Positions 11,553 to 20,635 of a DNA stretch of 64,000 nt are shown piece after piece. The stretch lies in contig JASGHJ010000001.1 of assembly GCA_047602405.1 (NCBI GenBank), positions 736,001-800,000 on the forward strand, written 5' to 3'. The position numbers and the translations under genes are program-made. The notes under the pieces were generated by a model that did no database searches, was not told where the DNA came from, and was given only the letters and a program-made list of their open reading frames with translations. How positions within the stretch are numbered: position 1 is the first letter of the stretch; each line of letters opens with the position of its first letter. The DNA is from Anaeromyxobacteraceae bacterium. GTDB lineage: Bacteria; Myxococcota; Myxococcia; Myxococcales; Anaeromyxobacteraceae.

Positions 11553-12847
11553 AGAACTGGTCCAGGAACCAGGAGGTCCAGAAGCGCGCCCAGAAGGTCC
11601 TGCCGCTGGGCGTGAACTCCAACTTCCGCTTCTGGGGCGAGGGGCTCACGCCCTACGTGAAGAAGGCGAAGGGCGCGCGCCTGTGGGACGTGGGCGGGAA
11701 CGAGTTCATCGACTACCGCCTCGCGTTCGGCCCGATCATCCTCGGCCACGCGTACGACGCGGTGGACGACAAGGTCGCGAGCGAGATCCGCAACGGCGTC
11801 CTCTTCGCGATGACCGGCGAGCTCGAGCTCGAGGTCGCGGAGATGATCGTCGCGATGTGCCCGGCGGTGGAGATGGTGCGGATGGCCTGCTCCGGCACCG
11901 AGGCCACCATGCACGCGATCCGCGTCGCGCGCGCGTACACCGGGCGTGATTTGCTGCTCAAGTTCGAGGGCAACTACCACGGCTTCCACGACCACACGCT
12001 CTGGAGCACCTACGCGCCGGTCGAGGCCTACGGCAACCGCCGCTCGCCGATCCCGATCCCGGCCTCCTCCGGCATCCCGAAGGCCTTCGGCGAGAACCTC
12101 ATCACGCTCGCCTTCAACGACGTGGAGGGCTTCGAGCGGGTCATGAAGTCGCACGGCGACCGCCTCGCCGCGGTCATCACCGAGCCCTGCCAGGGCAACT
12201 GCGCCGCCATCAACCCGGCGCCAGGCTTCCTCGACCTCATCAGGAAGCGCACGACGGAGCACGGCGCGCTCTTCATCCTCGACGAGGTGAAGACCGGCTT
12301 CCGCATCGCCCGCGGCGGCGCGCAGGAGTACTACGGCATCCGCCCCGACCTCGCGACCTACGCGAAGGCGCTCGGCAACGGCTACCCCGTCGCCGCGTTC
12401 GGCGGGAAGCGCGAGATCATGGAGATCATCGGCCACGGCGTCTCGCAGGGCGGGACGTACACGAACAACAAGCCCGGCATCGCCGCGGCGTGGGCGACGC
12501 TCAAGATCCTGAAGGACGAGCCCGTGATCGAGACCATCGAGAAGCGCGGCAAGCGGCTCATGGACGGGCTCGCCGGGATCTTCCGCGACAACGACGTCAA
12601 GGCCGTGCTGACCGGCTACCCCGGGATGTTCTCGTTCTCGCTCGGCGTGGACAAGGTCACCTGCCAGCGCGACTGGGCCGGCTCCGACCGCGAGCGCCTG
12701 CTGCGGCTCGCGGAGGCGGCGATGGAGCGCGGGGTGATGCCCGACTACGATCCGCGCGAGCCGTGGTTCCTGTGCTACTCGCACACGGACGCGGACGTGG
12801 ACCGGACGCTCGAGGTGTACTCGGAGATCGTGAAGACGGTGCGGTAG
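11549..12847 (+). CDS. Class-III aminotransferase, HemL/GSA-aminomutase-like paralog
   Basis: ATGA overlap with the DMT gene; GVNSNFR, FGPIILGH, SGTEAT, FEGNYHG, DEVKTGFR, AKALGNG. Confidence 0.85.
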   Translation: MKNWSRNQEVQKRAQKVLPLGVNSNFRFWGEGLTPYVKKAKGARLWDVGGNEFIDYRLAFGPIILGHAYDAVDDKVASEIRNGVLFAMTGELELEVAEMIVAMCPAVEMVRMACSGTEATMHAIRVARAYTGRDLLLKFEGNYHGFHDHTLWSTYAPVEAYGNRRSPIPIPASSGIPKAFGENLITLAFNDVEGFERVMKSHGDRLAAVITEPCQGNCAAINPAPGFLDLIRKRTTEHGALFILDEVKTGFRIARGGAQEYYGIRPDLATYAKALGNGYPVAAFGGKREIMEIIGHGVSQGGTYTNNKPGIAAAWATLKILKDEPVIETIEKRGKRLMDGLAGIFRDNDVKAVLTGYPGMFSFSLGVDKVTCQRDWAGSDRERLLRLAEAAMERGVMPDYDPREPWFLCYSHTDADVDRTLEVYSEIVKTVR

Positions 12848-12904
12848 GAAAGCCCGTCGAAGCGCCGTGGGGGCGCCTGGAAGACGGACCGCGGACGCGG
12901 TGGG

Positions 12905-12933
12905 TTGCGGTTACTACCAGGTCGTAATAGCTT
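12905..12933 (+). promoter_or_regulatory. sigma70-like promoter of the TA operon with a palindromic operator in the spacer
   Basis: TTGCGG-N17-TAGCTT; the spacer is TTACTACC-A-GGTCGTAA (7/8 inverted repeat). Confidence 0.55.
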
Positions 12934-12948
12934 CTACCTGGAGCCCCG

Positions 12949-13248
12949 ATGCCCGCGAAGGCGAACATGGCCGTCAAGCTCGACCCCGCCATCCGGGAGC
13001 GGCTCCGGGCGCTCGGGGTCTCCAAGCGGCGGAGCCCCCACTGGCTGATGGTCGAGGCCATCCGCACGTATGTCGAGCGCGAGGAGGAGGCCGAGCGTTC
13101 CCGCGCCGAGACGCGAGAGCGCCTCGCGCGCTACGACGCCACGGGTGAGTACATCGCCGACGAGGACGTGGTCGCATGGCTCGAGGGCTGGGGCACCTCG
13201 AAGGAGCGCCGCCCGCCGACGCGGACGCGTAAGGTCCGGACGCGGTGA
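12949..13248 (+). CDS. Ribbon-helix-helix (CopG-like) antitoxin
   Basis: MAVKLD..RERL...RRSPHWLMVEAIRTYVERE; C-terminal VVAWLEGWGT; overlaps the toxin start. Confidence 0.8.
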   Translation: MPAKANMAVKLDPAIRERLRALGVSKRRSPHWLMVEAIRTYVEREEEAERSRAETRERLARYDATGEYIADEDVVAWLEGWGTSKERRPPTRTRKVRTR

Positions 13249-13532
13249 TGCGGCTCGCGCTCCGGTGGACGCCGGACGCCGTCCAGGACCTCGCCAGGCT
13301 CCGCGCCTTCATCGGTTCCAGGAACTCCGCCGCGGCGGCGCGGGCCGCCGGTCGCATCCTCCAGGCCGCCGCGATGCTGCGCGAGCGCCCGGAGCTCGGC
13401 CGCGCGGTCGAGGGAGAGGACTGGCGGGAGCTGGTCGTCCCGGCGGGCCGCGGCGCCTACGTGCTGCGGTACCGCATGGACGACGACGCGGTGGTCATCG
13501 CGCGCGCCTGGCACACGCGCGAGCACCGTTGA
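13245..13532 (+). CDS. RelE/ParE family type II toxin
   Basis: WTPDAVQDLARLRAFI, PELGR, RELVV, YVLRYR, AWHTRE. Confidence 0.85.
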   Translation: MMRLALRWTPDAVQDLARLRAFIGSRNSAAAARAAGRILQAAAMLRERPELGRAVEGEDWRELVVPAGRGAYVLRYRMDDDAVVIARAWHTREHR

Positions 13533-14211
13533 GCGGACCCCGAAGGGGCCACCGCCAGGCCGCAAGCCCGACGACGAGCACCGCTCCGCCCGCGATGGCC
13601 ACGTGCGCCGCGAACGCCGGGTTCGCGCCCGCCCCGCGCAGCAGCGGCGCGAGGATCATCACGCCGGCGTAGCACGCGAGCGCGGCGCCGAGGCGGACCG
13701 GCGAGCGCGCGAGGCGGTGCGCGGCGAGGTGCAGGAGCACGAGGACGCCGAGGAACACGACCACGCCCGAGAGCTCGTGCAGGCGGTCGCCGTCGAGGCC
13801 GGCGAAGCCGACGTCGTGGGTCCAGAGCGGGATGGCGACGAGGATGCGGGCGGCGTTCGCGAGGATCGTGGCAGCGTAGGCCGCGGCGGCGGACGCCGCG
13901 AGGATGGCGGCGTTTCCACCCGGTGAGCGGGACGGCCGCACGAACGCGAGCACCAGCGAGCCGAACGCGACGATGAGGAAGTTCACGCCGGCGCAGGCCG
14001 GGGCGATGACGAAGCGCAGCTCGGTGGAGAGGTAGCCGCCGCTCGTCCAGTCGAACCGGTAGCCGCCGGCGAGCTCGACGAGCGCGGTCGTGGGCGTGAG
14101 CACGAACCGCAGGTCCGCCGCCGTGGCGCCCGAGTAGAAGGCCTTGAGCGCCCAGGCGGCGAGACCCGCGACGGCGAGGACCGCGACGGCGGCTGCGGTG
14201 CGGGCCCTCAT
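13495..14211 (-). CDS. xrtK: Exosortase K-like protein-sorting transpeptidase
   Basis: Multi-TM; LKAFYS...LRFVLTPT; catalytic Cys (PACAGVNF), Arg (ANAARI), His (LHELSG). Confidence 0.75.
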   Translation of the reverse strand: MRARTAAAVAVLAVAGLAAWALKAFYSGATAADLRFVLTPTTALVELAGGYRFDWTSGGYLSTELRFVIAPACAGVNFLIVAFGSLVLAFVRPSRSPGGNAAILAASAAAAYAATILANAARILVAIPLWTHDVGFAGLDGDRLHELSGVVVFLGVLVLLHLAAHRLARSPVRLGAALACYAGVMILAPLLRGAGANPAFAAHVAIAGGAVLVVGLAAWRWPLRGPLNGARACARRAR

Positions 14212-14218
14212 GATCGGC

Positions 14219-16270
14219 TCACCGGACCGCTGCGGTGGCGGCGCGGGAGCGCTTGAACCAGGCGAACCCGCCCACGCCAGCGGCGAGCGCCGCGAGCAGG
14301 GCGAGGCCGGGCTCGTCGCCACGCTGCACCTCTCCCCCGCCGACCGCGAGCGCGCTCACGCCCTGCGGGAGCGGGGACGGCTGGTCGACGTCCTTCCCCT
14401 GCCCGCCCGCGTTCCGGATCTCCTGCAGCACGGCCACGAACGAGGTGTGGCGGGTGAGGAGGTTGTACTCAAGCCCCAGCCGCGTGATCTCCTCGCGCTC
14501 GGCCTCGGTCTCGTCCCGACCGGAGAAGTCCGAGAGCGCCCCGATGCGCGTGCGGGCCCAGAGGTACCTGAGCGCGGGGTCCTGCGTGCGCTTCGCCGAC
14601 CGCCCGACGTCGATGACCTGCTCGAAGGGGCCGCGGCCGGTGGTGCCGGTCACGCGGATCCTGCCCTTCGCGGCACCCGTCCACTTGCCCTGGACGACGA
14701 TGGGCCGCTCGGCGAGGAGGTCCGGGATGCCGTGTGGCTCGACGTCGCTCGCCTCGAAGCCCTCGTAGGAGACCTTGATGCCGGTGAGCACCGGGGACGC
14801 GACGTAGCGGCGGAAGGCCTCGGCGACCGGCGGCGCCTCGGAGGCGCTCGTGACCACGAAGGCCTCGCCCATGCCGGCCTTCGCGACGCCGTCGACGAGG
14901 TAGCGGTTCACCGACGAGCCGATGCCGAACGAGAACACGTTCGCGTCGCCGACGTGGTCGCGGATGTACTCGAACATGCCGCGCTCGTCGGAGATGCCGC
15001 CGTCGGTGATCACGATGAAGCTCCGGGAGGTGCCTCTGGCGCGCGGCAGGCTCATCGCCTGGTGGAGCGCGGGGAGGAGCTCGGTGCCGCCGCCGCCGCG
15101 CTGCTGCTCGACGAGCGTGATGGCCTGCTTCACGTTCTCGCGAGTCGCCGGCAGGGAGCGCGGCGACCAGAGGACGCTCGCGCCGGAGAAGAGGATGACG
15201 TCGAAGCTGTCGGTCGGGCGCAGCCCGCCGATGAGGTCCTCGATGAGCCGCTTCGCGACGTCGAGCGGGAAGCCGTTCATCGAGCCCGAGACGTCGATGA
15301 TGAAGACGTACTCGCGGGGCGGCACGTCGGCGGGGGCCACGCGCTGGGGCGGCTCGACCGTGAGGAGGAAGAACTTCTCGCCGGGGCCGTCCTGCAGCAC
15401 GAGGCCGGACTCGACCTTGGCGCCGGAGAGCCGGTAGCGCAGCACGACGTCGCGGTTCCCGCCCCGCTGCTCGGTCGGCGCGAGCGAGACGCGCGCCTCC
15501 TTCGGCCCCGACCACGCGACGTCGACCTTGTGGGTCGTGACCCCGACCTCCTGGAGCGCGAGGCCGGTGACGAGGTGGGCCCTCCAGCCGAACGTGTAGG
15601 TCGGCGCCTTGCCCTCCTCGAGGTACGGGCTCTTCACGAAGCGGTCCTCGGCCGGTGCGGTGGCCTCCGCCTGGTTCGAGTACCGGGGCAGGACGACGGT
15701 CGGGTAGACGAACTCGTAGGTGCCGTCGGTCGGCACGAGGAGCTCCGTGTAGCGGAGCTCGACCTTCACGACGTCCCCCGGCATGACGTTCGAGACCTCC
15801 ATCGTGAAGACGTTGGGGCGGTGCTGCTCGAGGAGCGACGCGCTCTTCCCCTCCTTCTTCGCCTGCTCGAACGTGGCGCGCGCCTGCGCCTTCTCCTGGA
15901 TCTTCGCCTCGACGGTGCGCTCGCCGACGGTGAGCCGCATGCCGTGCACCGCGGCGCGGACGGAGGCCGGGAAGACGTAGCGCGCGTGGAGCGGCGTCGT
16001 GCCGGTGTTCGCGTAGACCTGCTCGACGGTGACGTTCGCGATGGGGCCGGCGACCTCGACCGAGGCGGAGGTCGACTCGAGCGGGAGCGCGTCGACGCCG
16101 GGCTCGGCGCCCTGGACCACGAAGTACGGGGAGAGGGTCTTCGTGGGCGGGCCGTCGAGCGGCGCGGCGCGCGCGAGCCCGGGCAGGAGGGCGAGGCAGG
16201 CGAGGAGGGCGGCGGTGGAGAGGCCGGCGGGGCGCGGGCGGGCAGAGGTCATGCCCGGCCTGGATTGCAT
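14219..16270 (-). CDS. VIT + vWA domain protein with a C-terminal sorting signal
   Basis: Signal peptide; VIT (YVFP..AAVHGM..ASLLEQHRPNVF); MIDAS DVSGSM/GGTE/ITDG; ends GDEP-TM-KRSR. Confidence 0.85.
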   Translation of the reverse strand: MQSRPGMTSARPRPAGLSTAALLACLALLPGLARAAPLDGPPTKTLSPYFVVQGAEPGVDALPLESTSASVEVAGPIANVTVEQVYANTGTTPLHARYVFPASVRAAVHGMRLTVGERTVEAKIQEKAQARATFEQAKKEGKSASLLEQHRPNVFTMEVSNVMPGDVVKVELRYTELLVPTDGTYEFVYPTVVLPRYSNQAEATAPAEDRFVKSPYLEEGKAPTYTFGWRAHLVTGLALQEVGVTTHKVDVAWSGPKEARVSLAPTEQRGGNRDVVLRYRLSGAKVESGLVLQDGPGEKFFLLTVEPPQRVAPADVPPREYVFIIDVSGSMNGFPLDVAKRLIEDLIGGLRPTDSFDVILFSGASVLWSPRSLPATRENVKQAITLVEQQRGGGGTELLPALHQAMSLPRARGTSRSFIVITDGGISDERGMFEYIRDHVGDANVFSFGIGSSVNRYLVDGVAKAGMGEAFVVTSASEAPPVAEAFRRYVASPVLTGIKVSYEGFEASDVEPHGIPDLLAERPIVVQGKWTGAAKGRIRVTGTTGRGPFEQVIDVGRSAKRTQDPALRYLWARTRIGALSDFSGRDETEAEREEITRLGLEYNLLTRHTSFVAVLQEIRNAGGQGKDVDQPSPLPQGVSALAVGGGEVQRGDEPGLALLAALAAGVGGFAWFKRSRAATAAVR

Positions 16271-16408
16271 GAGGGCTGCCAGGGGTGACGGAGCGTGGAA
16301 CCGGGCGGCGGGCCTGGGGAATTCGTGTCCGGCACCGCGGGCGTGGCCGCCGGGACGCGGGGCGTGTGCACCGCGGGACGCGGGTGGACCCGGACCGGTG
16401 ACGCCGGC

Positions 16409-16990
16409 TCACAGCGCCGCGAGGCTCGCCTCCACGGCGCGGTAGGCCATCCGCCGCCACACCGCGAGCGGGACCTCGCGACCCGCCCCGCCGGCGAGCC
16501 AGAGCGACGCCCAGCCGTGGACGGTGGCCCAGGCGCGCAGCGCGAGCTCGAGATCGGGCGCACCGCTCCGCACGAGGCCGGCCGCGCGACACTCCGCGAC
16601 GCGCGCGACGAGGAAGCGCAGCCCCTCGGAGAGCTCGCCCGGGCGCGCGCGCGGGAGCCCCACGCCCGCGAGGTCGTCCCAGGCCATGAAGACGAGCCGG
16701 TAGTCGTGCGGGTGCGTGAAGGCGAAGCGCAGGTACTCGCGTCCGGTGCGCACGAGGCGCTCGGCGGGCGTGCGGCCGCGGAGCGCGCGCGCGAGCCTCG
16801 CGCGGAGCGCCTCGCCACCCCGCGCGAGCGCGGCCGCGAGCAGCGCCTCCTTGCCGTCGAAGTGCCGGTAGATGGCGGTCGCCGAGACGCCGACCCGCTC
16901 CGCCACCCGGCGCATCGACAGCGCGCCGGCCCCACCCTCGAGGAGGAGGTCACGCGCCGCGGCCGCGAGCGCGTCGCGGGTCGGCGTCAC
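16409..16990 (-). CDS. TetR/AcrR regulator (WHG C-terminal type)
   Basis: GTG start overlapping the upstream stop; LSMRRVAERVGVSATAIYRHF; WATVHG. Confidence 0.85.
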   Translation of the reverse strand: MTPTRDALAAAARDLLLEGGAGALSMRRVAERVGVSATAIYRHFDGKEALLAAALARGGEALRARLARALRGRTPAERLVRTGREYLRFAFTHPHDYRLVFMAWDDLAGVGLPRARPGELSEGLRFLVARVAECRAAGLVRSGAPDLELALRAWATVHGWASLWLAGGAGREVPLAVWRRMAYRAVEASLAAL

Positions 16991-17725
16991 CCGCGGCTCC
17001 AGCCGAGCCGGAGCGCGGTCCGGGCGCAGGCGTCCGCGCAGGAGGCGCACGCCACGCAGTCGAATCCGCCCGCCGCCCCCGTCGGCGACGTCGCGCGGGC
17101 GCAGGCCCGCCGGGCACGCGGCGTCGCACTTGCCGCAGTCCGCGCACGCGCCCGCGCCGCGGGAGAGCTGCAGCACCGGCAGGCGGAGCCGCCGCGCCGC
17201 CGTGGCCGGCAGGACGGAGAGCGGCGCCCACCAGCACACGTGCCGGCAGAACCCGCGCTTGCCGAGCGGCACCCCGGCGACGAGCACGAGGCCGAACATC
17301 GCGACGTAGATCACGGCGCTCCCGGCGCGGTCCCAGGAGACGACGTGCTCGGTCCTGTAGAGCGGGTCGAAGGTGCGCCAGCCCGGGCCTCGCGCGAGCG
17401 CCCAGCCGATCGCGGCCATCCAGGCCGCGAACAGGACCCAGCGCAGCGGCCGCAGCCACTTCACGGTGCGTGCGCGCCCGCCGAGCGCGCCGTCGAAGAC
17501 CTCCTGCAGCGCGCCGAGCGGGCAGGCCCAGCCGCAGCCCGCGCGGCCGAGGAGGAGCGCCGCGACGGTCCAGGTGATCCAGAACGCGACCGAGAACCCC
17601 GCGACCCCCTCGAGCGCGCCCATCACCGGCAGCGCCGGCGAGTAGTAGTTGAAGGTCAGCGGGAACAGCAGGAGGAAGCCGAGGAGGAGGGCGCGGCGGG
17701 TGCGCTGGCGGGCCGGGACGATCAT
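16987..17725 (-). CDS. Membrane 4Fe-4S polyferredoxin (NapH/MauN-like) with a +1 frameshift at 17062-17066
   Basis: CGWACP, CRHVCWW, CADCGKCDAACP. Removing one base restores the second cluster DCVACASCADAC and the stop. Confidence 0.75.
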
Positions 17726-17728
17726 GCA

Positions 17729-17743
17729 GTTAACAGCGTTAAC
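17729..17743. promoter_or_regulatory. Palindromic operator, likely for the TetR regulator
   Basis: GTTAAC-AGC-GTTAAC, 3 nt from the polyferredoxin ATG. Confidence 0.6.
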
Positions 17744-17848
17744 CTGATCGGCCCTGGGGGCGGGATGCGGCGGTTGGCCGCGATCCAACTTGCCGGCTTC
17801 TGAGGGCTTTTCGGCACCAGCCGTTTGCACCCGACCGTGCGGCCGGGT

Positions 17849-17900
17849 CCCCCCCTCACCCCGGCACTCTCCCCACGCTGCGCGTGGAGGAGAGGGGGAG
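17849..17900. repeat. REP-like hairpin of a second, unrelated type
   Basis: ccccctcaccccggcactctccccacgc-tgc-gcgtggaggagagggg directly after the saccharopine-DH-like stop. Confidence 0.45.
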
Positions 17901-17911
17901 TGGATCGAGCC

Positions 17912-19141
17912 TCACACCGCGAACGACCAGCCGGGCTTCTTCGTCGCGACGACCTTCATGCCGCGCGGCTTCAGGCGGGCGAAGAAGGGCTTCCAGGGGA
18001 CGACGCGCTCCGGGGGCAAGGCGCCGCGCCCGGTGATCTCCCTCGCCGCGAGCATCTGGGCGGCGACCGCCGGCGGCGAGCCGGTGTCGATGTCGAGGCC
18101 GATGCCCCAGGCCGGCATGCCCTTCGTGTGGAGGTCCACGACCCAGGTCTGCTTCCTCTCCGCCGCGGTGCCCTTGACGATCGCGCGGACGATCTCGTAC
18201 TGGCGCAGGGGACCGAGCCGGCGCGCGCGACGCTGGTTCATGGCGACGTGGTTCGCGACGTCGATGGGGCGCACCGAGACACCGGCGATCGAGATGGGGT
18301 CATGGGAGGCCATGCCGAGGTCGCGGAGGAACCGGACCTTCTCGACGAAGTCCGGGTCGAAGGCGATCTTGAAGCTCACCTCCCGGACGCCCTTCTCCCG
18401 GTAGCTGTCCGGGAGCGTCGCGACCTCGGAGTGGATCGTGTACATCGGCACCACGGTGCCGACCGGCGGCGGGAAGCGGTGCGGCTTCGCGCCGGTCATG
18501 GGCTGCACGAACCGGAGCTCGCCCTTCGTGAACACGGCGGGCGCGAGCGAGAACTCCTCGAGGATGGTCTTGAGCGAGTACGAGACCGGGAGCGCCGGGA
18601 CGTCCAGGTAGCGCGAGCGGTCGGAGCCGCCCACGCGGATGTGGATTTCGCGGACCTCGTCGAGCTGCTCCGCGCCCTGGCGCGCCAGCAGGTTCGCGAC
18701 GCCGGGCGCGGCGCCCATGCCCAGGATCGCGGTGAGGCCGGCCTCCCGGAAGCGCGCGTCGAGCTCGAGCTGCTGCCTCGTCACGTGGAACAGCCCACCC
18801 ATGTCGACGTAGTGGGCCCCGGCGAGGAGCGCGGCCTCCATGACGTCGAGGTTGCGCTGGTAGTGGACGGCGTTGATCACGCAGAACGCGCCGGCGAGCG
18901 CCTTGGCGGTCCCCGCGTGGTCGCTCACGTCCACCCGGACCCCACGCACGCGCGGCTTGCCCGCCGCGAGCGAGGCGGCGAGCTGCTCGGCCTTCGCGAA
19001 GTCGTGGTCCGCGATGACGATCTCGTCCTCGGGGGCGCAGGTCTCGACGAGATCCCGCACGGTGATCCGCCCCATCGCGCCGGCCCCTCCCACCACCGCG
19101 AACGTGCGCGGCGTGGGCCCGGCGGGCTCGCGGCGGATCAC
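17912..19141 (-). CDS. Saccharopine dehydrogenase-like oxidoreductase (lysine 6-DH / carboxynorspermidine synthase superfamily)
   Basis: GTG start; GGAGAMG Rossmann motif, HYVDMGGL, GMGAAPGVAN, HSEVATLP. Confidence 0.8.
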   Translation of the reverse strand: MIRREPAGPTPRTFAVVGGAGAMGRITVRDLVETCAPEDEIVIADHDFAKAEQLAASLAAGKPRVRGVRVDVSDHAGTAKALAGAFCVINAVHYQRNLDVMEAALLAGAHYVDMGGLFHVTRQQLELDARFREAGLTAILGMGAAPGVANLLARQGAEQLDEVREIHIRVGGSDRSRYLDVPALPVSYSLKTILEEFSLAPAVFTKGELRFVQPMTGAKPHRFPPPVGTVVPMYTIHSEVATLPDSYREKGVREVSFKIAFDPDFVEKVRFLRDLGMASHDPISIAGVSVRPIDVANHVAMNQRRARRLGPLRQYEIVRAIVKGTAAERKQTWVVDLHTKGMPAWGIGLDIDTGSPPAVAAQMLAAREITGRGALPPERVVPWKPFFARLKPRGMKVVATKKPGWSFAV

Positions 19142-20635
19142 GGGAGCTCCCGCTTCCGGTACGGGTACCAGAACGACTTCGCTTCCATCACGTAGTCGAT
19201 GTGGACGTGCTTCGCCTCGCGGAAGGCGTCGAGCCCCTCCTCCCCGAGCTCGCGGCCGACGCCGCTCCAGCGCATGCCGCCGAACGGGCCGGCGTCGTTG
19301 TCGGTGAGCGGATCGTTCACCCAGAAGGTGCCGGCCTTGATCCGGTCCATCGCGGTGAGCGCGAGCTCGAGGCTCTTCGTGTAGACGTTCGCCCCGAGGC
19401 CGTACCTCGAGTCGTTCGCCATCCGGATGGCGTCCTCCGCGTCGGCGGCCTCGATGAGCGCGACGACCGGGCCGAAGATCTCCTCCGTGGTCGGCAAGGA
19501 TCCGTGCTTCACGTTGGCGAGCACGGTCGGCTCGAAGAAGTTGCCGGGGCCCGGCATGGGCTTCCCCCCGAGCAGGAGCCTCGCGCCCTCGGCGACCGCG
19601 CGATCGACCTGCGCCTTCACCTTCTTCACCGCCTCCGCGGTGATGAGCGGCCCGACGTCGGTCTCCTGCCTCATGGGATCCCCGACGACGAGCGTCTTCA
19701 CGTGCTCGAGGAGGCGCCGGGTGAACTCCGGCATGAGCTCCTTCACGACGTAGATGCGCTTCGAGGAGGTGCAGACCTGGCCGGCGTTGAGGAGCCGCGC
19801 CCAGGCGACGCCCCGCACCGCCACGTCGAGGTCGGCGTCGCCGAACACGATGAACGGGTCGATGCCGCCGAGCTCGAGGTTCACCTTCTTGAGCTGCCGC
19901 CCGGCCTCGGCCGCGATGTGCCGGCCGACCTCGGTCGAGCCGGTGAACGCGACGAGGTCGACCTCCGGGTGCTGGAGCAGCGCCTCCCCCGCCCCCGCGC
20001 CGTCTCCGGTGACCACGTTCACGACGCCCATCGGCAGGGCCTCGAACGCCCTCGCCATCAGCAGGTTCGAGAGCGGGTTCTGGTGCGGTGGCTTCGCGAC
20101 GATCGTGTTCCCCGCCACGAGCGCCGGCGCCACCTTCCACGCCATGAGGAGGAGCGGGAAGTTGAACGGCACGATGGCGGCGACGACGCCGTACGGCTCC
20201 TTCACCGTGAAGTTGAGCTGGTGCGCCGCGACCGGCGGGATGGAGTTGCCGCGGCTCGCCCGCCCGACCTCGGCGTAGTACTCGAAGCAGGCGGTCACCC
20301 ACTCGATGCAGTCGAGCGACTCGATGAGCGGCTTCCCCGTCTCGAGCGTCATCAGCCTCGCGAGGTCGTGGCCCAGCTCCCGGATGCGCCCGGCGACGTT
20401 GCGGAGCACCACCGCCTTCTCGGCGCCCGGCTTGCGCCACCAGGCCTCCTGCGCGGCGCGCGCGGCCTTCACCGCGCGGTCGACGTCCTCGGCGCCGCAG
20501 TCCGGCACCACGCCGACGAGGGCGCCGGTGGCGGGGTTCCGGAATCTCACGGGTGGCCCGCGCGAGCGCGGGCACCCAGGCTCCGTTCACGAAGAGGCTG
20601 TGTGGCTTCGAAGCATGCGTCTCGGGTGTGGTCAC
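19138..20635 (-). CDS. Aldehyde dehydrogenase with a +1 frameshift at 20542-20546
   Basis: LFVNGAW..EIRNPATG after repair; PFNFP, FTGS, LELGG, NAGQVC, EEIFGP. Confidence 0.88.

Noticed and set aside
11549..12847. Calling this gene hemL
   Set aside because: Lacks the GGVNSPVRAF signature and any tetrapyrrole gene context
16409..17830. Apparent polyferredoxin-TetR fusion protein
   Set aside because: Created by the +1 base at 17062-17066; repair restores a second Cys cluster, a stop and a separate GTG start
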